From an uncultured virus (IMG/VR IMGVR_UViG_2788500181_000007) (taxonomy: Duplodnaviria > Heunggongvirae > Uroviricota > Caudoviricetes), in IMG/VR virus record IMGVR_UViG_2788500181_000007: 64,000 nucleotides of DNA; one strand, written 5' to 3'. The translations under genes and the position numbers were made by a program. Below, one piece after another: positions 20,286 through 29,972 of this stretch. Position 1 is the stretch's first letter, and every line of letters starts with the position of its first letter. The notes beneath the pieces were generated by a model. That model was given only the letters and a program-made list of their open reading frames with translations. It had not been told where the DNA came from and ran no database searches.

Positions 20286-22184
20286 TTACCCCAAGTCATC
20301 TAACATCCGCCACATGTCGTCCGTAAACGGTCCTCCTGGAGGTGGTGGTGTGTATGGAAGTTGAGGGGTTGGGTTATGCGGAAGTCCAGGGGTTGGGTTG
20401 TGAGGAAGTCGTGGTGGTCCGCCGTGAGGAAGTTGGGGGAGTTGCGGAGTGTTACCCAAGCGCGGAGTTGCGGGGGTCACGTCAATAGTGGGTGGACGGT
20501 TAGGCAATCCACGATTCGGAGGCATGGGAGCCCGTGGAGGAACGACATGGAAGTCGGGACTGTCTATGTTAGGAGATCCTCCTGGGCGAGGTCGTCCGGC
20601 TCCGCCGCCAGGAGGCAAACGGTTAGGGAGTCCGAGCGGTTGAGCTCCTCCTTGTGCTCCACCCCTTCTGCCCATACGTAGCCAAGGAAACTTGCGGGCA
20701 AGAAGGGCGGATCCTAGCCCAATACCAGTTCCGGTGAGGAACTCGGTCCAACCAAACCCGTCGCCATCATCCTCCTCGGAGGTAGGTGCGGGCGTGGAGG
20801 GAACTTCGGGGGATTGATTCACTTGCTCTTTGCCAAATATAGTCTTGGCATAACGCATCTGATCACTCGGGTCATCGATGTCCAAATTAAGAGGGTTGCC
20901 ACGCGCGATGTATTCTTCCATTGCGGGGCGGTAGGCTTCGAGACGGCCTTTTCGACCATGCATCTTGCGCAGATGGTCGCGGTAAGCATTAATGTCCAGA
21001 GACTCTTGAAAGCCGGTATCCAGAACCTCAGGTCGGGCCCCTCTTCTAGGCCGAGCGCCTTTAGAGGTGCGGATCGGATGGGCCATTGCAGGGTGAATGC
21101 CCGAAAGATCGTCCGTGGGGAGTAGTCCGTAGTATCTCCCTCCAGAAGCATACATATTACCCAGACCTTTACGTGCGGTCATCCACTCGTTCATGCGCTG
21201 GTTAGCGATCGGATTATCCAAGTCTGTAGACCCAGGACCTACGACCTTTACATTCTCATTACCCGTGCCGTCTCCGGCCATAATCTTTGCAAGTTCTTGA
21301 GCGAGTGGATCGTTGGGATCAATTCCGGTACCAGCTTGGCCGGCAGGATTGTCAAGGTCGGGAGAGCCTGCGCCTGCTGCGCCGCTATACATATAGTAGG
21401 CAGGTTGGCTCGCGCCAAGGATACGCGCCGTCTTGCTTTGATTAGAACCAAGGCCGATACCACGGCGATAACCTTCCACTGCACCATGTAGACGGTCTCG
21501 GCCGGTCAGTTGGGCTGGACCAAAGGGGCCTTGCTGGCCTTGTCGAATGTGTTTCGGAACAGCTTGTCCACCGCCCCGAAACCAGTTGACTGGATTGACG
21601 CCCCCTCCGGGTGCGCTGACCGGTGGGGCAGCTTTCGCCATCTTAGCACCCTTTAAAGCTTTAAACCAGGGAAGGGAAGCTAAGGCGTCGAAAGTAAATT
21701 CGCCGGGCTTAAAATCGTGCTCAACACCATCCCAGCCGGCTTCGCCCGGGCCAATAATATCTTCGGCTTCGTCCCAGAGTTGTTGAACGACACCTGCGGG
21801 GGAATCGAGAAAAAAGTCTCCTGCGCCCCGCAAAGCTCCCGTAAACCAACCATCTTCGGCCCGGTTGGGCTGGGTCCAGCCCAGCAAAGTTTCACGAGCA
21901 GATTGGCCGGAGGTTTTTTCAGCTTCGGGAACCTCACCAGCGGCTAAATAAGCTGCGGCCGCTTCGGTAGTGGCAGGTGTAATCCCTCCACCCTCGCGAC
22001 GAGCAAGATTATTGGCTACAGCGGCTGCCGGGTTAAACATTGTAAGCATCGTGTCGAGAGCACCGTTCCTAACACCCAGCCTCTGCTCCATCTCGACCTT
22101 ACCCTCGGGGGGTAAATTTTCCAAACTTCTCCGCTGGTCGGGACTAAGCCCATAGAGCCATTTTAAAATTTCTTGCTGGTTCAT
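20286..22184 (-). CDS. Putative internal virion/ejection protein, Gly/Pro-rich
   Basis: 632 aa between TerL and the giant protein; Ala/Gly-rich segments, Pro-rich C-terminus. Confidence 0.55.
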   Translation of the reverse strand: MNQQEILKWLYGLSPDQRRSLENLPPEGKVEMEQRLGVRNGALDTMLTMFNPAAAVANNLARREGGGITPATTEAAAAYLAAGEVPEAEKTSGQSARETLLGWTQPNRAEDGWFTGALRGAGDFFLDSPAGVVQQLWDEAEDIIGPGEAGWDGVEHDFKPGEFTFDALASLPWFKALKGAKMAKAAPPVSAPGGGVNPVNWFRGGGQAVPKHIRQGQQGPFGPAQLTGRDRLHGAVEGYRRGIGLGSNQSKTARILGASQPAYYMYSGAAGAGSPDLDNPAGQAGTGIDPNDPLAQELAKIMAGDGTGNENVKVVGPGSTDLDNPIANQRMNEWMTARKGLGNMYASGGRYYGLLPTDDLSGIHPAMAHPIRTSKGARPRRGARPEVLDTGFQESLDINAYRDHLRKMHGRKGRLEAYRPAMEEYIARGNPLNLDIDDPSDQMRYAKTIFGKEQVNQSPEVPSTPAPTSEEDDGDGFGWTEFLTGTGIGLGSALLARKFPWLRMGRRGGAQGGAQPLGLPNRLPPGGGAGRPRPGGSPNIDSPDFHVVPPRAPMPPNRGLPNRPPTIDVTPATPRLGNTPQLPQLPHGGPPRLPHNPTPGLPHNPTPQLPYTPPPPGGPFTDDMWRMLDDLG

Positions 22185-22191
22185 AACGTTA

Positions 22192-22227
22192 AAGGTAATA
22201 CATTTGTTTTACGGAACCAACCGTTTG
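22192..22227 (-). promoter_or_regulatory. Putative late promoter: CAAACGGTTG-N20-TACCTT, 7 nt before ATG 22184
   Basis: One mismatch to the palindrome, same spacing to a -10-like hexamer. Confidence 0.5.
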
Positions 22228-23969
22228 TAACGCCTCTTAATCTCCGTTAAAGGCTTGCGCATGAAGCCGTCAGGACAAAATAAGCCGGGGTTTTTATGGA
22301 GCATACGGTTGGTCATCTTGGTTTTCTTGGGCAGGCGGTAAGTAGAGGCCAAATCCAAGTTATATAAAGCGATAGCGGCAGCGAGTACATGGTCGTCATG
22401 GTGGCCAGGGGCAGCTTCGGGCTTACCCTTGTCGTTGACTACGAACACTTTCATCTCCTGTAAGATGTCTTTGTCAGGAATATCGAAGTTGCCCTCCATC
22501 AATTCAGCAGCCATATGGTCGATAACGGTCTTTCGGGTGATCTTGTCCGTAGACCATCCGAAGCTCTTTTCGACCATACCATTGGAATCGTTGACCTTTC
22601 TCCGACGATATACGCTCAAGCCCATCTCAAGGAGGTATTTCAATAGCGCCAATCCGGAATTATTTACTTCGGGAACGACAAAAGCGCCACCGTACCACCG
22701 AGCGGCACCTTCAACTTCTTGTGCAAGCACGCCTATATCAAGACGAGAGTGGTGGACAGCAACTAAGCGAGGGACATGCCAGACGCCATGCCAGTCCTCA
22801 TAAGCATCTCTCCATACCTGAACGCTGTGAAAGTCGGGATCGGCAGCCAATCCTTGCTGTTGTTGGTCTTCCCCGGTGCAGGTATCAACGGAGATGAGGT
22901 ACTTCGAGTCGTGTTCGGGCTCGTTATAGACTCTCCAATTACCTTGGGGGTCTTTGCAAAAGGACCCTTTGTCCCCCTCTTGAACGGACATGATGCCAAC
23001 TTGGCAATATTGATTCTCAGCGTCCTTGGACATCTGGTTAAGGCAGTCCATATGGAACCGTGGACGAGAGGACATAAGGAAACATTCCTCAGGATCGGAT
23101 GGGTATTCCTGTCGAAATTTACTTACGTCACCGTTGCACTTGTCTTGTAAAACCCTTCTGCGCCAGTTCATGTTTTCCCAGGTGACGTCAAAACGTTCCA
23201 TCTCGGATTTTTCGTCGTCAGTAAGGGAATCCTTGAATTCCTTTAACTCCTCATCCGAACGGAAGGCGATTTGAGAATCGTCAAACTCGAACCATGCAGC
23301 GAATATCTTGGCCCATTCGTTGTCCTGTACCCAAGTGCGGTAAAACCAGCCGGCAGGGCCGTTGGGTGTAGAGTCGGCAACAACTAAAGAAACGTTGTCA
23401 CCGTCGTATAAAGACTGAAGATACCCCAAAGCGGGGTCACGCTCGCCAGCCATGGGCCAGAACGCGACTTCGGTCATGTTACCGACCTGGATAGTTCCGC
23501 TTCGACCCGCATTTTTGGATCCCGCGGTTTCTTTTCCATACACGCTTTTTGTTCGAAGTCGGATCTGATCCGCTAAGCTGCCTCCATCTTCCAGGTTTTG
23601 TCCAGTTTCGTCCCACGGAAAAATGTCGTTTTCTGCGTACCGACGGTATATCTCGAAAACCTTGTCCGATGTCCCCGCGATATCCCCCATCAGGCTTCCG
23701 CTCAGGTTCTCGTGTTTTCTCATGTGGTGATACGTCAGTGCTTGAGCACATGTCGACGCCCCCTTCTGACGGGGTTTCAGTATGATCATCTTGCATGGTA
23801 ATCCTTCAACTTGGCATTTTCGGTAGTGAGCGAACATTCGTTTCTGTAAAGTGTTTGGCATAGGCTTGATATCCTTGCCCCTCTTATCCTTAATGACCCC
23901 GAATGTGGAAAACCACACCTCGGGGTCGATTCTTATGAGGTCTTGAAGCTGTTGCTCTTGGTTGGTCAT
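22209..23969 (-). CDS. terL: Terminase large subunit
   Basis: Walker A LKPRQKGAST, GRSGT..TEVAFW, DSTPNG, FRQEYP, nuclease ISVDT...HHDDHVLA. Confidence 0.92.
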   Translation of the reverse strand: MTNQEQQLQDLIRIDPEVWFSTFGVIKDKRGKDIKPMPNTLQKRMFAHYRKCQVEGLPCKMIILKPRQKGASTCAQALTYHHMRKHENLSGSLMGDIAGTSDKVFEIYRRYAENDIFPWDETGQNLEDGGSLADQIRLRTKSVYGKETAGSKNAGRSGTIQVGNMTEVAFWPMAGERDPALGYLQSLYDGDNVSLVVADSTPNGPAGWFYRTWVQDNEWAKIFAAWFEFDDSQIAFRSDEELKEFKDSLTDDEKSEMERFDVTWENMNWRRRVLQDKCNGDVSKFRQEYPSDPEECFLMSSRPRFHMDCLNQMSKDAENQYCQVGIMSVQEGDKGSFCKDPQGNWRVYNEPEHDSKYLISVDTCTGEDQQQQGLAADPDFHSVQVWRDAYEDWHGVWHVPRLVAVHHSRLDIGVLAQEVEGAARWYGGAFVVPEVNNSGLALLKYLLEMGLSVYRRRKVNDSNGMVEKSFGWSTDKITRKTVIDHMAAELMEGNFDIPDKDILQEMKVFVVNDKGKPEAAPGHHDDHVLAAAIALYNLDLASTYRLPKKTKMTNRMLHKNPGLFCPDGFMRKPLTEIKRRYKRLVP

Positions 23970-24730
23970 AACCCCTGCTGGTATTTTATATGCCCGGTCC
24001 CAGGCACCACACCTTTCATTTTGGCCTCTGTTATTGGCCCCATGTGAAACAAGCCAGCCAAGCCACCCCCGATCCTCCCGGGCATCCTTCCTGTCATCAT
24101 TCCGGGTTTTGCCATTGGTTTTGTGGGCCCGTCAGGGAAGTGTGCCTTTGCTTTAATGGCATCTGTGTGTACCTGCCTTGCGGTCTGTCCTAAATTGCCG
24201 CCGCTATTGCTGTGAGAACTCGCCTCAAGCGGGGTCCCTGGGGGTATGTACCTAACCTTGTTCAGGTGGTTGGGGCCAAACATCGGTTTATTCGACTTTT
24301 CCATTAAGCTGTTTTGGTTTGGTACATAAAGGTCTTTTACGGGAAGATTTTTAGTTAGCACTTTGCCCCCGCCCCTTGCATAGTGATTCGCCCCATCCGG
24401 GTTATTGGAAACCCAATCTCCGGCAACTATTTTTGCTTTGTTCAGATACCCGGGGTTCAGCTGAGGCCCGTTAACCATGTTGGGGTTCTTTAATGCCTGA
24501 ATCCCTCTCCATGTAGGTATTGTTTTAGTACCTTTGGGAAGGTAGTCGGATGCGGGGTTCCACCCCTGGGGGACTGTGGGTCTGCTACCACCAAAGAGTT
24601 TTTGACCCAGGCTTCTCGGGTCTTTGCTTTGTGCGAAGAAAGGTACGTAGTCCGGGGTCGCCACGGGAGCGCCTGGGCTAATGACAGGCGCAGGCATCCA
24701 GGGTTCTAGTTTTTGGTCGTTCATCAGCAT
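23966..24730 (-). CDS. Hypothetical protein with possible ADP-ribosyltransferase-like core
   Basis: TWRG...GDWVS....ANHYA.GGKVL...PVKDLY spacing. Confidence 0.45.
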   Translation of the reverse strand: MLMNDQKLEPWMPAPVISPGAPVATPDYVPFFAQSKDPRSLGQKLFGGSRPTVPQGWNPASDYLPKGTKTIPTWRGIQALKNPNMVNGPQLNPGYLNKAKIVAGDWVSNNPDGANHYARGGGKVLTKNLPVKDLYVPNQNSLMEKSNKPMFGPNHLNKVRYIPPGTPLEASSHSNSGGNLGQTARQVHTDAIKAKAHFPDGPTKPMAKPGMMTGRMPGRIGGGLAGLFHMGPITEAKMKGVVPGTGHIKYQQGL

Positions 24731-24993
24731 TTCCAGCGTCTGCGCGCTGCTTTACCTCGTTCGCCCTTCCAACTCTTGGAGCGGGCACAAAATGATTTAC
24801 GCCTACCAGCGGCCTTACTTCCTTTTTTTACCTTGCCCGTGACCGCAGTCTTGAGCTTAGAGCCGGGGTTGGCTTTTCTGTAAGCCTTTACACCCTTTTT
24901 CGTCATACCGGCGCCCTTCTTGACAGAGCGGTAGTTGGCTCCTTTACCCTTAGTGGTCTTGGGTATGCGCTTACTTGGTTTTCTTTTTGGCAC
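24724..24993 (-). CDS. Small Lys/Arg-rich phage protein (RRKSFCAR family)
   Basis: GMTKKGVKAYRKANPGSKLK...RRKSFCARS...ARRRWKC; GTG start. Confidence 0.75.
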   Translation of the reverse strand: MPKRKPSKRIPKTTKGKGANYRSVKKGAGMTKKGVKAYRKANPGSKLKTAVTGKVKKGSKAAGRRKSFCARSKSWKGERGKAARRRWKC

Positions 24994-25042
24994 GTTTCTT
25001 CTTAGTTTTTTTCTTTGTGTAATTTCTTCCGAATCCTGGCAT
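24971..25042 (-). CDS. 23-aa basic peptide MPGFGRNYTKKKTKKKRAKKKTK
   Basis: Hand-translated; ATG preceded by AAGGAG. Confidence 0.5.
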   Translation of the reverse strand: MPGFGRNYTKKKTKKKRAKKKTK

Positions 25043-25045
25043 TAT

Positions 25046-25159
25046 TTATTTCTCCTTTTTTATTAGTTTTCTAACTCTGTTAAGTCGGCGAGCGCGTTTA
25101 ATCCGTTTAAGGATTTCCTCGTCGGTGTTGATTTTCTTAATTGTAGCTAAGTCCCACAT
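25046..25159 (-). CDS. 37-aa basic peptide MWDLATIKKIN...
   Basis: Hand-translated; tightly packed between neighbours. Confidence 0.45.
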   Translation of the reverse strand: MWDLATIKKINTDEEILKRIKRARRLNRVRKLIKKEK

Positions 25160-25160
25160 G

Positions 25161-25355
25161 TTATTCCTCGGGTTCGTCTTCAATCGCGTCTAGGTCGATC
25201 TCGCTGTCGAATTCAACGGTAACGTCGGTAAAGCGCTCAATTACTGCGATGGCGATATGGGCCATCTCCAACTCGTCAAGATCGGACTCCTCGTACCAGC
25301 GTTGGAAGCATGCAGAGAGCTCGGTCTCGAATTGTTTTTCGGCGGGAATTGTCAT
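25161..25355 (-). CDS. Hypothetical acidic protein (64 aa)
   Basis: ATGA overlap with the upstream gene. Confidence 0.6.
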   Translation of the reverse strand: MTIPAEKQFETELSACFQRWYEESDLDELEMAHIAIAVIERFTDVTVEFDSEIDLDAIEDEPEE

Positions 25356-26311
25356 GCGTAACCTTCGACCATTGGGTTTTGACCCGTGAACATACCTGGT
25401 TGGGGTTTGGGATCGACCTGGGCGGTGGACATTAGGAACTGCAACAGTTCGGGCTTGTTGTTTTTTATATACTCCAACCCCTTGGGATCTTTAATGAGAG
25501 ATCTGAGGCCACCATCCCGAAGATTTCGGTCGTTTATGACATCATCCAGGATCCTTTTGGAGTCGTCCATATTCCAGGAATCTTTACGTTGGTACTCGCC
25601 CATGCTCGGATCCCATTTCTTTTGGATATCCCCTTGCTTAATCTTCGTCAATTTGGCACCTAGCTCAGCATTAATCGCCCCGTAAGGCATGTTACCATCC
25701 GGCCGGCCAAACACTTCTCTCAGATCTTTTTTTTCAACACCCTTGTTGGGTTGTGCGGTGTGAATTATTTCCTCAGTAAAAGCATCTCTGGGTAGGAAAC
25801 CTCGCTCCTGATGCCTTTTAAGCGTATCCACCAGATCGACGTGCCTCGACTCGTCAGTAGAATACCGGTCCACGCCTTTAGGAAACATCTCAATAACCCC
25901 AAAAGTGCCGTTCTTGTCTTTCATTGCAGGGGCTCCCATCGCATGTCCTGCCCATCGCCCATTATATCTTTCAGGCTGTTTATTGCCTAGGTATACCGGA
26001 TTGTGTCGGTTCATCGTCCGGGCATCCTCGAGCATGGGGGATAAAGCCACGTCCGTTTTCTGGTCAAAACGTCTGCCAATTTCGTTCCGATGAGCAATAG
26101 CCTCTGAGCGAGCCCCCTCCCAACCACCTGGGTAGTTCTCATAGAAGGGTTTTACCGTATCCGAATAGGAAGCGGTGGTCACAGGCCTGTCAGTCCGGCC
26201 AATCCTGTCCTCCGGGAAATGCCTCTGAGCACTCGGATGGAACTCAAGAGAGTCCAGATCGGGTTTGAGATTTCTCTGGGGTAAGATGCGTTCTGTGAGC
26301 AAGTCGGCCAT
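25352..26311 (-). CDS. Hypothetical protein, possible degenerate zincin (EEIIH)
   Basis: 319-aa ORF coupled to both neighbours; FTEEIIHTAQ...AELGAKL. Confidence 0.55.
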   Translation of the reverse strand: MADLLTERILPQRNLKPDLDSLEFHPSAQRHFPEDRIGRTDRPVTTASYSDTVKPFYENYPGGWEGARSEAIAHRNEIGRRFDQKTDVALSPMLEDARTMNRHNPVYLGNKQPERYNGRWAGHAMGAPAMKDKNGTFGVIEMFPKGVDRYSTDESRHVDLVDTLKRHQERGFLPRDAFTEEIIHTAQPNKGVEKKDLREVFGRPDGNMPYGAINAELGAKLTKIKQGDIQKKWDPSMGEYQRKDSWNMDDSKRILDDVINDRNLRDGGLRSLIKDPKGLEYIKNNKPELLQFLMSTAQVDPKPQPGMFTGQNPMVEGYA

Positions 26312-28284
26312 CAGCTCCAGCCTTGAGGGGCCATGTCGTCCATAAACTGCTTGCGGATCGCCTCCTGCTCTTCAGGGGATAAGTTGTCGAAGTCCGGGAT
26401 CATTTGACGAATATTGTCATCTTGAGTGCTATTCAGGTCATCCATCTCAGGGGGCTGCTCTTCGACTTCGTACTGCTCTTCCTCAAGAGTTTCTTCAGCT
26501 GACGGCTGACTGAAAAAGTCGGATANGCTCATACCGGTTCCGGAATCCGTAGGAGCGGCTTCGGGAACCAGCTGAGGGCCGGNTTCGGNNNCGGGTTCGG
26601 GAGCGGGTCCGAAATCTTGCGCAAATTGATCNTGCTCCCTGATTAGGTCTTCAACTTCCGTCTGTAGATTTGAAATNCTGTCGGGTAGCTGNTCGGCCGG
26701 AATNGGGGCGGGTTCGGCTGGTGCTGGNGCAGCTACGGCGTCCTGACCGGCGGGCATCCACTGCTGACCATCTTCGCTTAACTCGAGGCCGCGCTCGGCT
26801 GCCATCNGTATGACCTCATCTCGGGATTTACCCGGGTGATGCCTGCCTGCGGGGTTTAGTGTTGGATTCGACATCACTTGATCCTCTATCTGCTGCATTG
26901 GATTAGCCAATACGGTCCCGGCTCCTTCAGGGGCTTGGTGCTCATTACCCCAAGGTTGTTTGATTTGCTCCGGTTTCATGGGCATTTCTTCGGGAGCGCG
27001 GGTTCTCTCGGGGACGGGNGTGTCCTCGGGAGGGGGTGCATGGTAGGTATGCTCGGGATTCAGCCGGGGAGTGGTTCGGGCATTTGGATTGCCGTAACTC
27101 GCCATGGGCTGACCGGGTAGGCTTTCTTGGACAGCGGGAGGTCTGTAGGAATACCCACCTGGAGGGGGCGGTCCGTCGTGACTGGCAAAGACGTCGGACA
27201 TTCCGGGTTGGAACCCTACGGTGTTGACCGCGTCCTCCAAAGTAGTAGGTAGGCCTTGGGGGTAGTAAGAGGTGGCGTTTATGTCTTCGATTCTTCCCGG
27301 TCCAAGATTTCCCCGGGACATGTCGTCTTTTCGGGCTAAATCGGCTTGGTAAATTGCCTCGGCGTCAGGGGGGCGGTTGCCGTTCTGGCGCATCTCCTTC
27401 ATTACATGGGCATCCATAAGAGCGCTTTGTCCGGGAACATGCGTACCGAGTTGGTCCGTTTCTTTTTCAACCTGAGATATTCTCTTATACCCCGTTATCT
27501 CCGCTCTACCCGTACGGGGATTAACGGAAACGACAGGTGAGAGACCGTGGGCGGCAGCTCGGTCGGTCATTTTGGACCGACTATAATTACTGCTGTCGTA
27601 AACTCCGGTTTGAACCATGGAATTAGAAACGGGGTCCCACGCAGATCCAGTCTGCCCTGCGGAATTCTTAAAATCCCGGGGGTTCATGGTAGCCGCATCG
27701 AAGCGGGGGTCTTTAAAAACCATTTTCCCGTCAACATTTGCATAATTAGCAGGGTTTTGAGCAGGTACGTTGCCCATAAACGGGGTTTGTGGGGGTGGTG
27801 GTGGTGCAGCGGGTGGTGCAGCGGGTGGTGCCGGTGCAGCTTTTGCGGGTTGCGCTGCTTCTTGCGCTGCTTCTTGCGCTGCTTCTTTCTTATTTTTCTC
27901 TACTTGCTTATTTGCGATGTCTGTACCTGGGATAAATTGCTGGATCCAATCCCAAAGCCCCCCTTGTTCTTGTGCTGCTGCTGGCTGCATAGGGGCTTGA
28001 GCTGCTGGCTGAGCAGGTTGGGGCTGTTGAGGCTGTTGAGGGGCGGGTTGAGGGGCGGGTTGAGCGGGAGCCGTTGCGTTATTTTCGGGTTGAGGACGGA
28101 AATCGGGAGCGTTTAGCCGGCGGTTTAGCCCAGCGTCATCGAAACCGTAGGTATTGAGATTTTCATGCCGTCTAGTCTGCGCTTGATTAAAATTATTCTG
28201 GGCAGTCGCGTCTCGCGCATACTTCTCCTCTTTGCTTTTGCGGGTATGATCCAGCATAGCTTGATATGGGTCGTAAGGTCTCAT
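26311..28284 (-). CDS. Pro/Gln/Ala-rich low-complexity protein, possible internal virion protein
   Basis: 657-aa ORF directly after the TerS candidate. Confidence 0.6.
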   Translation of the reverse strand: MRPYDPYQAMLDHTRKSKEEKYARDATAQNNFNQAQTRRHENLNTYGFDDAGLNRRLNAPDFRPQPENNATAPAQPAPQPAPQQPQQPQPAQPAAQAPMQPAAAQEQGGLWDWIQQFIPGTDIANKQVEKNKKEAAQEAAQEAAQPAKAAPAPPAAPPAAPPPPPQTPFMGNVPAQNPANYANVDGKMVFKDPRFDAATMNPRDFKNSAGQTGSAWDPVSNSMVQTGVYDSSNYSRSKMTDRAAAHGLSPVVSVNPRTGRAEITGYKRISQVEKETDQLGTHVPGQSALMDAHVMKEMRQNGNRPPDAEAIYQADLARKDDMSRGNLGPGRIEDINATSYYPQGLPTTLEDAVNTVGFQPGMSDVFASHDGPPPPGGYSYRPPAVQESLPGQPMASYGNPNARTTPRLNPEHTYHAPPPEDXPVPERTRAPEEMPMKPEQIKQPWGNEHQAPEGAGTVLANPMQQIEDQVMSNPTLNPAGRHHPGKSRDEVIXMAAERGLELSEDGQQWMPAGQDAVAXPAPAEPAXIPAXQLPDXISNLQTEVEDLIREXDQFAQDFGPAPEPXXEXGPQLVPEAAPTDSGTGMSXSDFFSQPSAEETLEEEQYEVEEQPPEMDDLNSTQDDNIRQMIPDFDNLSPEEQEAIRKQFMDDMAPQGWS

Positions 28285-28286
28285 TT

Positions 28287-28691
28287 TTAGGTATTTTCGA
28301 TGGTTAAGGGCTCTTTGGAAGCTTCTGCATCGTAGCTTTCAGAGTAAACTTCAATGATGTTGTTAAGAGAAGTGCCCGCAGAAGCGATTCGGGACATGAT
28401 TTCGGCCGGAGAGGCCGCTTTTTGCGTTTCATCGTTGACGGTAATGTCGTGACGGGTGGCGGGTTTGCCGAATCCGTACTCTAAAAGCATGCGAGCGCTG
28501 GCTAAACGGGTAGAATGATCGGCTTTTTCGACATATTGCACCCCACGCTGACCGTCTTCACGGCTTTTGCGCACCGTAGTGGTTGCATCTAAGCCTTCAC
28601 GTAAAGCGTCGACGGCTTTTGAGAAGTCTGAGTCGTCTATAAACTTATGAACGTCTTCTCGGAGGCGTTTTACAGATTTTTTTACCGGCAT
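28287..28691 (-). CDS. Putative terminase small subunit
   Basis: First gene of the late block; DHSTRLASARMLLEYGFGKP is typical of TerS-like proteins; start placed at MPVKK, downstream of the promoter motif. Confidence 0.55.
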   Translation of the reverse strand: MPVKKSVKRLREDVHKFIDDSDFSKAVDALREGLDATTTVRKSREDGQRGVQYVEKADHSTRLASARMLLEYGFGKPATRHDITVNDETQKAASPAEIMSRIASAGTSLNNIIEVYSESYDAEASKEPLTIENT

Positions 28692-28722
28692 TTTCTTGGA
28701 TATGGGTTCCCTATTACCCAAG

Positions 28723-28758
28723 AACATACTATTTAGGTACCCCCATACCAACCGGTTG
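28723..28758 (-). promoter_or_regulatory. Putative late promoter: CAACCGGTTG-N20-TATGTT
   Basis: Perfect palindrome at the head of the late block, same spacing. Confidence 0.6.
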
Positions 28759-29154
28759 TGACCGGAAGAGAAGAAGGGGCAAACGATCCTTTTTTATTTT
28801 GTTGATTGATAGGGCGATGCTCGTACCCGTGATAGTTGGTACCCCGTAGGGTGTGGGGGGTATCGCCCAATCGTTCGCTCTACTCCGTACAGATTCAGTA
28901 CACTTCCGCTGTCTACTTGCATAACCCGTTGACCTTCATCCCATTAACACGGTTGTGTAATGGATTCCCAATCCGCAACGAGACTATTCGTTACCTGCTT
29001 GGTAGGGAAGATGATAGTAACCTTGCATACCTGACCCTTACCCAAGGGGGTTTAATAAGACAATTTGTCTAGCAGTAACGGATTTGTCAAGTCGGATTGT
29101 GACACCCAAACCCACCAAACCATCCAACCGAACACGAGGCTGACTACTCTTCAC

Positions 29155-29191
29155 AAAAAAAACGGACGCACACCTTTCGATGCACGCCCGT
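29155..29191 (-). terminator. Rho-independent terminator
   Basis: ACGGGCGTGCATC-GAAA-GGTGTGCGTCCGT followed by a T-run. Confidence 0.85.
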
Positions 29192-29221
29192 GAAACTAAT
29201 TAAGGTTTTACCGCATTTCCG

Positions 29222-29665
29222 TCAGCCGTCAATTACCCATTCGGGTTTGAACTCCGCATCGTCTTTCGCCAACGGACGCCCGTCAGGTTTCGTAAGTTCG
29301 GTAATCGCAACGATGTCCGTCCCGCTAGTACCGTAGTCGGCCATGTGAAGCCGTTTCTCGTCTAGATTTTCGGGAATGCTCGGAGCAACGCCGTCAATTT
29401 CCTTTTTCACGAACCCTTTGGCAACGAACTTAAGAAACGGCTCGTTTTTCGGGGCATCCACCAAGACGAAGTGCCACGCTTTCGCGAGCCCTGTCTCGTG
29501 ATTGGGGGTAAGCTCGATGACAGAGACAAAACGACGCCCATGGGTGTCAAGATCGCTCTTGTTAATGAACCGACTGATGGAACGCCATAGCCTCGAGAGG
29601 ATGGCGATGCCTGCATTACCGCCAACGGAGACGGCAAATGTTACTGCTGTAATTAGATTTTTCAT
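29222..29665 (-). CDS. Hypothetical protein (147 aa, MKNLITAV...)
   Basis: Solo gene between two terminators. Confidence 0.6.
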   Translation of the reverse strand: MKNLITAVTFAVSVGGNAGIAILSRLWRSISRFINKSDLDTHGRRFVSVIELTPNHETGLAKAWHFVLVDAPKNEPFLKFVAKGFVKKEIDGVAPSIPENLDEKRLHMADYGTSGTDIVAITELTKPDGRPLAKDDAEFKPEWVIDG

Positions 29666-29910
29666 AACGCAAAAAGTCCTAAAGCCATCCTTGTTGATGA
29701 AGACGGCAAGCACAAGAGCGTGCAAGCGTCTGACTGCGATAGGACATTTAAGAAAATATGGAAAGACGATAGGACGAAGAATGCGTGTAGTAGGCAGGAC
29801 GGTTTCGGAGTAGAGCAATGAACGATTGAGGCGATGCCCTAAGGTTAAAACCACACCCAACCACACCCCATTCGCATGATAGTTCTCTAGCCATTGACTA
29901 CTCTTGCCAT

Positions 29911-29951
29911 AAAAAAACCCGCCGACAGAGCGTGCATACTCTGCCGACGGG
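29911..29951 (-). terminator. Rho-independent terminator ending the early operon
   Basis: CCCGTCGGCAGAG...CTCTGTCGGCGGG plus T7. Confidence 0.85.
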
Positions 29952-29972
29952 CGTGTGTGGTTTATCGCATCA

